NCBI GenBank assembly: GCA_002104905.1
Contig: MCFE01000430.1
Location: 1-64,000 of the forward strand
Reading direction: 5' to 3'
DNA length: 64,000 nucleotides
DNA from: Basidiobolus meristosporus CBS 931.73
Taxonomy: Eukaryota; Fungi; Basidiobolomycota
The stretch's first letter is position 1; every line of letters begins with the position of its first letter. The position numbers and the translations under genes were made by a program. The notes beneath the pieces are model-generated. The model saw only the letters and a program-made list of their open reading frames with translations, made no database searches and was not told where the DNA came from. This document shows positions 36,866 to 47,900 of this stretch, one piece after another.

Positions 36866-39800
36866 TGTTGCAATTTAAGAAGTGATTTGGATATAAGGAA
36901 CTTATCAAGAAATAGTGATAATAGTTGAACTGTTGTTTATTCATAAAGAAGCTCAGTATTTATACCTTTGTAGAAGTAATACAGCTGCAACACTAAGTAG
37001 GGAGGGTTTCTCAATATTCAGGAGCATTCTGTAACAGTTTCAGGGTTAGTACATAATGTTTGGTAATGGTGCTAATTTGATCCTGACTATAGGGGAATAA
37101 TCATAAGATCATATATCTGGAGAAAGTGGCAAAGTTAAGGCAGTAAATGAGTCCTACAGTGACTAAGACTAGCCTAGAATTGTTAAGTAAATTTTTAGCT
37201 GCTGAATGATACCAAATAGTCCAATATTTCAACACTCCCCCTCAACTAAATAATTTCTTAATCCCAATTTCTCTCTAAGGATCTCAAACTGTGGCCTAGC
37301 TAGTGGCTTTGTCATTATGTCTGCCACCATTTTGTCAGTTGGGCAGTAAACCAGCTCTACTAAGTTATTTTCTACAGCTTCCCTCACAAAGTGATGCTGT
37401 ATATCAATGTGCTTAGTTCTGGCATGATTAGTAGGATTTCTAGCTAATGAAATACAACTTTGATTATCCTTGTAAATACATGTTGGTTCACCTGAATTAA
37501 AACCTAAGTCTTTGAATAATTTTCGTAGCCATATAGCCTCCTTAGTTGCTTGACATGCAGCCATATATTCGGCTTCAGTTATAGATAGTGCCACAGTTGG
37601 TTGTTTCTTGCAATTCCAAGTAATAGCTGCACCAGCATAAACAAATACATAGCCTGTGGTAGAGCATCTGTCAATCAAATCCCTACCCCAATCTGAATCA
37701 CTATAACCATCAAATTTTTGCCTATTTGCTGCTCCAGAGTATTCCAGCACCATATTTATGGTACCTTGTGGATATCTGAAAATCTGCTTAACTGCTGCAA
37801 TTTGATCTGATCCATAATTCTGCATGAATTGACTGACTATTCCAACTGCTACTGCAATATCTGGACGTGTAGACACCATCAAGTACATTAGGCTACCGAC
37901 CATTGATTGATAGGGAAAGTTTTGGTCCATATTTGAGCCGTTTTCATCTATAACTGGCTGAGATTTGCTTAATTTCAGGTTATTGTCCATAGGGGTTGCT
38001 GCAGGTTTGCAATTTTCCATTTTGAAGCGTCTAAGAATGTCCCTGATGTACTTAGACTGATTCAGCACAATTTTCTGCGTAGGTATGTCAAATTTGACCT
38101 CAATTCCAAGAAAATAGCTCAATTTTCCAAGATCTTTCATCTCAAACTTGCTGAAGAGATCTGATTTCGTCTGTTTAAGTGCCTCTTGATCACTTGTAGC
38201 TATAATTAGGTCGTCCACATAAAGAACTAGGATGATCACACCCTTTTTCAGCTGTTTCACATATATACTGTGATCTGCAGTGCTACGAGAGAACCCAATT
38301 TCCTCTAGATATGTGTTAATCTTGTTATACCATGCTCTGGGTGCCTGCTTAAGCCCATACAACAATTTTCTAAGTTTGCACACCTTATGGGGGCTTTTTG
38401 GATCGGTAAAACCTTCTGGTTGCTCCATATATATAGTTTCTTGCAAATCCCCATTTAGAAAGGCTGTTTTGACGTCCATTTGGTGTAGATCTAGACTGTG
38501 TACAGCTGCCAGGGCTAGAACTGTCCTAATAGAGTTAAACTTGGCAACCGGAGCAAATGTTTCCTTAAAGTCTAGTCCCTGAATCTGGGAATAGTCTGTA
38601 GCTACCAATCTACCCTTGTACTTATCAACGGCACCATTTGAGGTTATCTTGATCTTGTAGACCCATCTACATCCTATTGGCTTTCTCCCATTTGGTAAAT
38701 CTACCAGTTCCCACGTTTTTGCCTTGATCAGTGATTGGTACTCCTCATGCATGGCTTGTTGCCACTTAGTAGCATCTGGACCTTGCATTGCCTGTTCCAG
38801 ATTCTGAGGTTCGGCACATAAGGCAAGATAAGCTTCTTCATGATCATTGGATGTCTGCCACCAGGATCCAGGGGCATTTCTTATTCTAGTAGATCTCCTA
38901 ACTGGGATAATCTGTTCTGATCTGGAACTGGTAGAAGTATCTTCCATCTCTGGCTGGATTTGGTACGTATCTTCTTCATTTATGTTGATTGCATCATTAG
39001 GCAGCTGGCCAATGATTTCTGTGGCTTTCTGATCTGAATTCTCCTCAAATACAACGTCCCTGCTCTTGATCAGCTTCTGAATTTCGCCATCATACACTCT
39101 ATACCCTTTAGTATCTTCACAATACCCAAGAAAGATCCCTTTTCTACTCTTTGGTTCCAACTTTGAGCGTTTTTTGTCAGGGATGTGATAAAAAACATCA
39201 CTGCCAAAGATCCTGAGGTGCTGGAGATCTGGTTTTTTGCCTGTATATGCTTCAAAGGGTGTAGAATCATGTAGTGCTGTTGTTGGGCATCTGTTCTTGA
39301 TGTGTACAGCGGTAGCAACAGATTCAGCCCAAAACTTGTAGTCCATTCCCTTATCATGTAGCATAGATCTTCCCATCTCTACTATTGTTCTATTTGCACG
39401 TTCTGCTACTCCATTTTGCTGTGGAGTATGAGGAACTGTGGTCTGTTGAGGTATACCAGTAGACAAGCAGTATTTTGCAAACTCCTTTGAGCAGTATTCT
39501 CCTCCATTGTCACTTTGCAGTACCTTCAATTTACACCCAGTTTGTGTTTCTGCCATGTTCTTGAAGTGCTTAAACGTCTCTAAAGCTTCATCCTTTGTTT
39601 TGAGGAAGTACACCCATGTATATCTTGTCTTGTCATCAATAAACGTCATAAAGTATCTCTTGGCTCCAAAGGAGAGTGTTCTCATGGGGCCACATATGTC
39701 TGAGTGTACAATAGCCAATATTTCGGTGGTATTGATGCCTTCTGAGCTCTTGAAACGTTGCCTGGCTTGTTTGCCATATGAGCATCCCTTACAAACATTC

Positions 39801-41551
39801 AATTTGATTGAAATTGAGTATTTTAGGCCCAAAACAAGCTGATTTTTCACCAATTGGCTCATTTTCTGTTCCCCTATGTGTCCTAGCCTCCTATGCCACA
39901 TCTCCCAGTTGGTTTCATCAGTTTCAGCAATGTTGACATACTCAGGTACAATGATCTTGCATTGTAACTTGTATATATTGTGATCTCTGATTCCTGAAGC
40001 TAATTTTTGTCCATTTTCACTCAATATTGAGCAGCTCAGCTTAGTAAAAACAAATTTCAGTCCCTGAGTAGTTGCTTTACTGACTGAGAGTAGGTTCTTA
40101 GCTATTCCAGGTACATAGAGTACGTCAGTCAGTTTTGCTGTTGTTGCCCCTGAGTTATCACTCATATTTAGTTGTATAGACCCACTGGCGGTAGCTTCCA
40201 ATGCAGAGTTATCTCCCAGATAAACCTTTCTTACGGGAATAGTCTTTAAGTTACTGAACCAATCCTTTATACCACAAATATGCTGTGATGCTCCAGAGTC
40301 AATATACCATTCATTACTTTGGTTACTTGCACTCTCTTGTACAGTGACAAATAGCTGTTCATCAGTAGTTATATGGTTTGCCTGCTCTAGTTTCTGTTTT
40401 TCGTCTGCTTGTTTCTTCTTGCATTCTCTTGCCCAGTGTCCTGGCTTCTTACAGTAGTTACAGCAGCCAGGTTTTCTTCGGTTTTGTTGCTTTCCCTTCT
40501 TTTCTGTATGCCTTTCTGAACTGAATAAAGCATTATCTTCAATTTTCTCTGCTTGGTCATTACGTCTGAGTTCTTCATGGAGAAGTCTTCCTTTGACATA
40601 GTCTAAAGTCAAGTTGTCTTCTCTGCTTTCAAAAGAAAGTATGAATGGCTCATACTTGTCTGGTAGGCTGCAAAGCAGACAGAGTATCTTTTCTTCATCA
40701 TCTACACCAGCATTAATACTGTAAAGTTCTTCTGCAAGTGTCTCCATTCTGGTAATGAGTTGTAGCATGTCATCATCTGGCTTTTTTCTCATGTTGAAGA
40801 ACTTTCGTTTCAAATAAAGCTTGCTTGATACTGACTTTGCTCTAAAGATCTTCTCCAAGGATTCCCATGCTGCTTTGGCAGTATTTGAGGCATGGATTTG
40901 TCCAATGAAGGAGTCTTGCACATTGATGCATATTGCATTGAAGGCCTTTCTCTCCTTTTCTTGAAACTTCTCCAAATCTTCTGCTGTTCCTTTGGGCTCA
41001 ACTTCCTTTCCTGTTACTATGTTCCAAAGCTTTGTTTCCTCAAGGTGGATCTGCATCTTGATTCTCCAAAGTCTGTAGTTCTTCCTATCAAACCTCTCCT
41101 TTACAGGGAAGATGTTGGTATTGCTTTGTTTGCTGGTAGAAGTCATCTTTAGAATAGATTAAGGCAATCGGGGCTCATAACCTGTTGCAATTTAAGAAGT
41201 GATTTGGATATAAGGAACTTATCAAGAAATAGTGATAATAGTTGAACTGTTGTTTATTCATAAAGAAGCTCAGTATTTATACCTTTGTAGAAGTAATACA
41301 GCTGCAACACTAAGTAGGGAGGGTTTCTCAATATTCAGGAGCATTCTGTAACAGTTTCAGGGTTAGTACATAATGTTTGGTAATGGTGCTAATTTGATCC
41401 TGACTATAGGGGAATAATCATAAGATCATGTATCTGGAGAAAGTGGCAAAGTTAAGGCAGTAAATGAGTCCTGCAGTGACTAAGACTAGCCTAGAATTGT
41501 TAAGTAAATTTTTAGCTGCTGAATGATACCAAATAGTCCAATATTTCAACA
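36866..41551 (-). mobile_element. Intact full-length Ty1/copia family B element (4686 bp), TSD GTTGA
   Basis: 369-bp LTRs 36866-37234 and 41183-41551 differ at 2 sites; GTTGA at 36861-36865 and 41552-41556; PBS 41171-41182; PPT 37235-37243. Confidence 0.98.
37229..41146 (-). CDS. gag-pol: Copia gag-pol polyprotein, 1305 aa
   Basis: Single ORF with CNYCKKPGHWAREC, WYIDSGAS, WHRRLGH, FIDD/SDNGGEY/NGVAER (DDE), LYVDDL, YSDSDW/TEAEY/ADIMTKPL. The stop codon lies inside the LTR. Confidence 0.97.
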   Translation of the reverse strand: MTSTSKQSNTNIFPVKERFDRKNYRLWRIKMQIHLEETKLWNIVTGKEVEPKGTAEDLEKFQEKERKAFNAICINVQDSFIGQIHASNTAKAAWESLEKIFRAKSVSSKLYLKRKFFNMRKKPDDDMLQLITRMETLAEELYSINAGVDDEEKILCLLCSLPDKYEPFILSFESREDNLTLDYVKGRLLHEELRRNDQAEKIEDNALFSSERHTEKKGKQQNRRKPGCCNYCKKPGHWARECKKKQADEKQKLEQANHITTDEQLFVTVQESASNQSNEWYIDSGASQHICGIKDWFSNLKTIPVRKVYLGDNSALEATASGSIQLNMSDNSGATTAKLTDVLYVPGIAKNLLSVSKATTQGLKFVFTKLSCSILSENGQKLASGIRDHNIYKLQCKIIVPEYVNIAETDETNWEMWHRRLGHIGEQKMSQLVKNQLVLGLKYSISIKLNVCKGCSYGKQARQRFKSSEGINTTEILAIVHSDICGPMRTLSFGAKRYFMTFIDDKTRYTWVYFLKTKDEALETFKHFKNMAETQTGCKLKVLQSDNGGEYCSKEFAKYCLSTGIPQQTTVPHTPQQNGVAERANRTIVEMGRSMLHDKGMDYKFWAESVATAVHIKNRCPTTALHDSTPFEAYTGKKPDLQHLRIFGSDVFYHIPDKKRSKLEPKSRKGIFLGYCEDTKGYRVYDGEIQKLIKSRDVVFEENSDQKATEIIGQLPNDAININEEDTYQIQPEMEDTSTSSRSEQIIPVRRSTRIRNAPGSWWQTSNDHEEAYLALCAEPQNLEQAMQGPDATKWQQAMHEEYQSLIKAKTWELVDLPNGRKPIGCRWVYKIKITSNGAVDKYKGRLVATDYSQIQGLDFKETFAPVAKFNSIRTVLALAAVHSLDLHQMDVKTAFLNGDLQETIYMEQPEGFTDPKSPHKVCKLRKLLYGLKQAPRAWYNKINTYLEEIGFSRSTADHSIYVKQLKKGVIILVLYVDDLIIATSDQEALKQTKSDLFSKFEMKDLGKLSYFLGIEVKFDIPTQKIVLNQSKYIRDILRRFKMENCKPAATPMDNNLKLSKSQPVIDENGSNMDQNFPYQSMVGSLMYLMVSTRPDIAVAVGIVSQFMQNYGSDQIAAVKQIFRYPQGTINMVLEYSGAANRQKFDGYSDSDWGRDLIDRCSTTGYVFVYAGAAITWNCKKQPTVALSITEAEYMAACQATKEAIWLRKLFKDLGFNSGEPTCIYKDNQSCISLARNPTNHARTKHIDIQHHFVREAVENNLVELVYCPTDKMVADIMTKPLARPQFEILREKLGLRNYLVEGEC

Positions 41552-42571
41552 GTTGAATCTGTTGTACTCTTGCTAACAATAGCTCTGATGTTGTCATGGC
41601 TTGCTTCCATGGGAGGGTAAGCCAATTCTCAAAAGATATGTCTATTGGCAAAACAGCTTCATGTCCATATATCAAAAAAATGGTGTATAGCCTGTACTTC
41701 TTTTAACCATAGCTTTATCAGCCTAAATTGCTGCGCAAAAGTTATTTGCCCACTTTTTGGGTTCTACATAGCTAAGCTTGGCTAATGTGTTTGCAAAAGC
41801 AGAATGTCCACATTCAACTGGTGAATTTGCTTGTGAGTGATGGAGTGTAGTATGTAAAAGCTTGGTTCCATTCCTCACTGTTTGTGCTTGTTATTCATAA
41901 CATCCACATTCTCCATTGTCTGCAATAAATGTGCCAATGGAACCATGTCTCAGATACACATCTTCTTTAAGGATTCATCCTACTGCTTTTGCATAGGCTT
42001 GTTTCAGTATTCTAGCCTCTATCCAACAGTAAAGTTATCACAACAGTCCACCACATTGCTTTACCCTGCAGTTGCTCTTGGTAAATATATAATATCTACA
42101 TGTGCAAATTGCCAAGCATAAGATGTGTGTATACTGTGAAGTGGTTCAAATATCTTTTGGTTACTTCTTCTTTGGCACAGAATACACAATTTCACATATT
42201 CCTTTGTGTTGGTGTGTAGTGTTGGCCAAAAATACCGTATGGAGATTTTTTTATCTGCTGATGTAATTTGTTTATGACCTCCTGATTCAGATTCATGCAA
42301 TTCTTGAGTGATCTTCTCTTGATCATGCTCTTCATGTATATACTGTTGAGGAACTCCATGTTTGCTTTTGCTGAAAAGTGCGCCATCATGCAGTATAAAC
42401 TTCAAAGCCTTCTTTTTAAAATTTTCATGTTGATTTGTGGGAATATCAGCAGGAACTTTGAGTGATGTAAGAAACTCCTTGATTTGTTGATAATTGCTTT
42501 GTATCATATGTCTGAATGCAAATCCAAGACTTGTGTTTTCAAGAAACTCATCAATTTCATCATCATAATTA

Positions 42572-42891
42572 CCTTAAGAAAAAAAATTGAGAAAAGGCCA
42601 GCAAAATACCATCATAGTATCAGCTGGATTCCAAGTTTCTCAAAATTGACAACTCTGAATATCTCTGTTGATAGCCAATGAGCAGGCAAGCAAACAAGTT
42701 CTTCAGGAGGAAACTAGGCTAGCTAGCATCCTTACCAAATTTCGTAATTAGCTGCCCATTACTTTCATCACAAATTTCATTTGAAATTTGAACCTAAGAT
42801 ACCAGCTGAATACCAGCAAAATACCATTAGAATACCAGCTGAATACCAGCTAAAAATCAGATGAACTCCAAGTATGAGATTTTTCATAGGG
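42572..42891. mobile_element. ~320-bp MITE with family-D-like termini and ATACCAGC subterminal repeats
   Basis: Right end TTTTTCATAGGG, degenerate left end CCTTAAGAAAAAAAATT; ATACCAGC(T/A) repeated four times at 42799-42850 and related motifs at 42597-42630. Interrupts a gypsy pol frame. Confidence 0.65.
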
Positions 42892-43021
42892 ATAAGTTGA
42901 GTATGGTGAATATGGTTGCTTTCTAGATAAGGCATCAGGTCCTTTGACCATCATTGCACCTCATGGGTCAGAGCAAAGAGGGCCAAAGGGATGCATATAA
43001 TACTCAATGACCACAGCAATA

Positions 43022-43747
43022 CCCTATGAGAAATAATTCAGAAGATTATGTCAAAAGTCCATCACAAAGCTAAAGTCCCCTGAGTAAGAGGTAGTAATTT
43101 TGTCAGAACACTATCAAAAGACTGCTGAGAAACAATTGCACCCCAGATATAACAAAAAACTTGGTCAAAATTATTATTCACCACAGTACACAAGTTGCCT
43201 TTGATTGATCCTCTGCCAATTCTCTTGCTTTCAGATCCCAAACACTCCATCACCTCCTATTTTTGTGGATATTGATTGGCTAGAGCCTTTTTTTCACACT
43301 CTTTACTTCCTGATAAACTAATTCTCTTACTTTCATGCACACATATTGATTTATCTTGATTGAAACTTCAGTTGTACCTTAAGTGCAAATTGTGTTGACC
43401 CATGCAAGTCCCTATACTCAGCAGTAGCAATAAACCCAGCCTCACACTCAACAAGTACTTGCATTAGAATCCACTCTTCAATAAGTATTTGTGCTGTAAT
43501 GCCCTTCTTCCATGACTTTGGCAGGGGCCCTGCAGCTTTATGCCACTGTTCATTCACTGGTTCCTATACATCCTGGTCTTCAGCTGTCACTGCAGAGTCT
43601 AGCACCTCATCTGCCAGTCTTTACAATACGTCCTTGCAATAGTCAACTGTTTTTCTTGAGCACTGCTCTTGAAGAAGGGCTGCCACCTCTTGGTATGAGT
43701 ACTTGGGTTCCAAAACTCCACTGAAGGCATTATTATAGTCTATTAAG
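43022..43747 (-). mobile_element. Left end of a family-D copy (TIR plus ORF2 C-terminus)
   Basis: Begins CCCTATGAGAAATAATT; ORF 43351-43557. Confidence 0.8.
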
Positions 43748-43875
43748 TGTTGTAAAAACTTGTAATTCCACGTATATATTCACCTAACTTAGTCACTTTG
43801 ATCATTACCTTCAAATCCCAGAGAATACTGACCAAATTCCTTGTTGGGATTCACTTTGTAAATTCTCACCAAAAC
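43748..43875 (+). repeat. 5' fragment of copia-A LTR
   Basis: TGTTGTAAAAACTTGTAATTCC...CTCACCAAA matches other LTR-A starts. Confidence 0.85.
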
Positions 43876-44968
43876 AAAAAACCTTCTGGAACTCCTTGAT
43901 TAGTAATCACTTAGTCAGTAAGAAAAGCATGCAAGGAAGTCAATCCCTCAACAATAAATCATCATCCCTTTTATCTATATACCAACTTGTTGATTAGTGT
44001 GATCACACCTACCTGCTGCTACCTGAGCTTCCAACCCCAGACCACAGTACACTTGCAGGAAACCATGCTGACAGCCAACTGACCCTGGTGGCAATACTTT
44101 TGAGGAATAATCAGAGTAGGTATCTTTTATTACACTTGATTCTTTGCCAAGTTTGTTCTTGCACAGGCAAAGATACTTTCCTGTCTTTGTAACTGTTGAC
44201 CACAGCTGCATTCTTATCAAGTCCCTGCTGGTGGAGTTTGCAGTTGTTTTGACTTTGGAAGCTTTACTACATTGTCATTTCAAAGGACACAGTGGTGGTG
44301 TATAGGTCCAACACTTTCAGGTGTTATATGTGTGGGGTGTTCACTGGGTACAATAACTTCCGGCAAAGCTTGCTAGCAATACTTGGGTTGTTTCTCTAAT
44401 CTAATGTGAAGGGGAATAAATTCACAAGCTTGAGAAGGGAAAACTATTGAGCTACAATTCCCAACTTAGTTGGTATCTTAACAAAAGTATGTGCTGGGCT
44501 CAGCATCCTTTGAAATGATAATGTACTAAAGTTTCCAAATTCAAAACAACTGTAAACTCCACCAGCAGGGACTTGATGAGAATGCAGCTGTGGTCAATAG
44601 CTACAAAGACAGAAAAGTAGCTTTGCCTGTGTAAGAATAAACTTGGAAAAGTTAAGGGTTGTAGAGAAATAGGGAAGTAGAAAATATAGGAATGAGCACA
44701 TTAGTCAGTGGGTGTCACTGCAACCCCACTACAATGCCAAACCCAGCACATACTTTTGTCAGGACTTCAATTAAGTTGGGGATTGTAGCTCAATAGTTTT
44801 CCTTTGACAAGCTTGTGGCTTTATCCCTCATCATATTGGATTAGAGACAGAACCCAAGTACTCCTAGCAAGCTTTTGCCAGAGGTTATTGCACCATGTGA
44901 GCACCCCACACACAAAACACTTGGGAAGTGTTGGACATATCTCTCCCTTGGACCTATACACCACCACA
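43876..44968 (+). repeat. Long-type LTR-F (3' portion) acting as a 5' LTR, with a short LTR-F nested in it
   Basis: Reverse complement of 24287-24930 once 44291-44737 is removed; ends CACCACCACA and is followed by a PBS. Confidence 0.8.
44291..44733 (-). repeat. Solo short-type LTR-F (443 bp)
   Basis: Flanks ACAC (44287-44290) and ATGC (44734-44737), both derivable from ACGC. Confidence 0.85.
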
Positions 44969-44972
44969 TAGG

Positions 44973-44990
44973 TGGCACCCAATGTGAGGG
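44973..44990 (+). promoter_or_regulatory. Degenerate tRNA-Lys(CUU)-type PBS
   Basis: TGGCACCCAATGTGAGGG vs canonical TGGCGCCCAACGTGGGGC (14/18; two mismatches are CpG decay), 4 nt after the LTR end. Confidence 0.7.
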
Positions 44991-44995
44991 GTTCA

Positions 44996-47900
44996 TGTTG
45001 ATATATTGGACTATTTGGTATCATTCTGCAGCTTAAAATTTACTTAACAATTCTGGACTAGTCTTGGTCACCGTAGGACTAATTTACAGCTCTAACTTTG
45101 CCACTTTCTTCAGATCTATGATCTTATGATTATTCCCCAATAGTCAGGATCAAATTAGCACAAATACTAACTATTATGTACTAACCCTGAAATTGTTACA
45201 GATTGCTCCTAAATATTGAGAAACCCCTCTTACTTAGTGTTACAGCTGAATTACTTCTACAAAGGTATAAATACTGAGCTTCTTTATTAATTAACAACAG
45301 TTCAACTATTATCACTATTTCTTGATAGGTTCCTTATATTCAAATCACTTCTTAAATTGCAACAGGCTATGAGCCCCAATTGCCTTAATCTATTCTATAG
45401 GTGACTTCTACCAGCAAACAGAACAACACAAACATCTTCCCTGTAAAGGAGAGGTTTGATGAAAAGAACTACACACTCTGGAGAATCAAGATGCAGATCC
45501 ACCTTAAGGAAAGAGAGCTTTGGAATATAGTAACAGGAAAAGAAGTTGAGCCCAAAGGAACAGCAGAAGAAGTGGAGAAGTTTAAAGAGAAGGAGAGAAA
45601 GGCCTTTAATGCCATATGTATCAATGTGCAAGATTCCTTCATTGGACAAATCCATGCCTCAAATACTGCCAAAGCAGCATGGGAATCCTTGGAGAAGATC
45701 TTTAGAGCAAAGTCAGTATCAAGCAAGCTTTATTTGAAACAAAAGTTCTTCAACATGAGGAAGAAGCCAGATGATGATATGTTGCAACTCATTACCAAAA
45801 TGGAGACACTTGCAGAAGAACTTTACAGTATTAATGCTGTTGTAGATGATGAAGAAAAGATACTCTGTCTGCTTTGCAGCCCACCAGACAAGTATGAGCC
45901 ACTCATACTTTCTTTTGAAAGCAGAGAAGACAACTTGACTTTAGGCTATGACAAAGGAAGACTTCTCCATGAAGAACTCAGACGTAATGACCAAGCAGAG
46001 AAAATTGAAGATAATGCCTTATTCAGTTCAGAAAGGCACTCAGAAAAGAAGGGAAAACAACAAAACCAAAGAATACCTGATTGCTGTAAATATTGTAAAA
46101 AGCCAGGACACTGGGCAAGAGAATGCAAGAAGAAACAAGCAGACAAAAGCATTTGACTCTAGCATTACAGCATATTTGTGGTATAAAGGAGAGGTTCAGC
46201 AACTTAAAAACTATTCCCGTAAGAAAGGTTTATCTGGGAGATAACTCTGCTCTGGAAGCTACCGCAGGTGGGTCTATTCAACTAAATATGAGCAATAGCT
46301 CAGAGGCAACTACAGCAAGACTCACGGACATACTCTATGTACCTACAATAGCTCAGAACTTACTCTCAGTCAGTAAAGCAACTGCTCAAGGACTGAAATT
46401 TGTTTTTACTACGATGAGCTGCTCAATATTGCGTGAGAATGGCCAAGAATTAGCTTTGAACATCAGAGATCACAATATATACAAGTTATAATGCAAGATC
46501 ATTGTACCTGAGTATGTCAACATTGCTGAAACTGAAGAAACCAACTGGGAGACATAGCAAAGGAGGCTACAACACATTGGGGAACAGAAAGTGAGCCAAT
46601 TGGTGAAAAATCAGCTTGTTTTGGGCCTAAAATACTCAATTCAGATCAAATTGAATGTTTGTAAGGGATGTTCATATAGCAAGCAAGCTAGGCAATGTTT
46701 CAAGAGCTCAGAAGGCATCAATACCATCAAAATATTGACTATTGTACACTCTGACATATGAGGTGCCATGAGAACACTGTCCTTTGGAGCCAGGAGATAC
46801 TTTATGACATTTATTGATGACAAAACAAGATATACATTGGTGTACTTCCTCTAAACAAAGGATAAAGCTTTAGAGACATTTAAGCACTTCAAGAAAATGG
46901 CCAAAACACAAACTGGGTGTAAATTGAAGGTACTACACAGTGACAATGGAGGAGAATACTGCTCAAAGGAGTTTGCAAAATACTGCTTGTCTACTGGTAT
47001 ACTTCAACAGACCACAGTTCCTCATACTCCACAGCAAAATGGAGTAGCAGAAGGTGCAATTAGAGCAATAGTAGAGATGGGAAGATCTATGCTACATGAT
47101 AAGGGAATGGACTACAAGTCTTAGGCTGAATCTGTTGCTACCTCTGTATACATCACGTACAAAGGCCCAACAACAGCATTACGTAATTGTACACCTTTTG
47201 AAGAATATACAGGCAAAAACCAGATCTCTAGCACCTCCAGATCTTTGGCAGTATTGTTTTTATCACATCCCTGACAAAAAACGCTTAAAATTGGAACCAG
47301 CAAGTCGCTAAGGGATCTTTCTTGGGTATTGTGAAGATACTAAAGGGTATAGAGTGTAGGATAGCAAAAATCTGAAGCTGATCAAGAGCAGGGACATTGT
47401 TCTTGAGTAGAATTAGGATCAGAAAGCCACAGAAATCATTGGCCAGCTGCCTGATGATGCAATCAACATTAATGAAGAAGATACATACCAAATCCAGCAA
47501 GATACGGAGGATACTTCTACCAGTTCTAGATCTTAGCAGATTATCCCACTTAGGAGATCTACCAGAATAAGAAATGCCCCTGGATCCTGGTGGCAGACAT
47601 CTAATGATCATGAAGAAGTAGATCTTGCCTTATGTACCAAACCTCATAATCAGGAACAGGCAATGCAAAGTTCAGATGCCTCTAAGTGGCAACAAGCTAT
47701 GCAGGAGGAGTACCAATCACTGATCAAGGCAAAAACTGTTGAAATATTGGACTGTTTGGTATCATTCAGCAGCTAAAAATTTACTTAACAATTCTAGACT
47801 AGTCTTAGTCACTGTAGGACTTATTTACTGCGTTAACTTCACCACTTTCTCCAGATATATGATCTTATAATTATTCCCCTATAGTCAGGATCAAATTAGC

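Larger units (their letters stand above)
36523..43020 (-). mobile_element. Gypsy RNase H end and integrase (owner of LTR-C), hosting the intact copia-B and a MITE
   Basis: GPDALSR (~42940), HESESGGH...YFWP...CILCQ (42061-42507), IYGHEAVLPID, WPGPY (~36680). The frame joins across the copia as ARVQQIQQAYTLQ. Confidence 0.82.
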
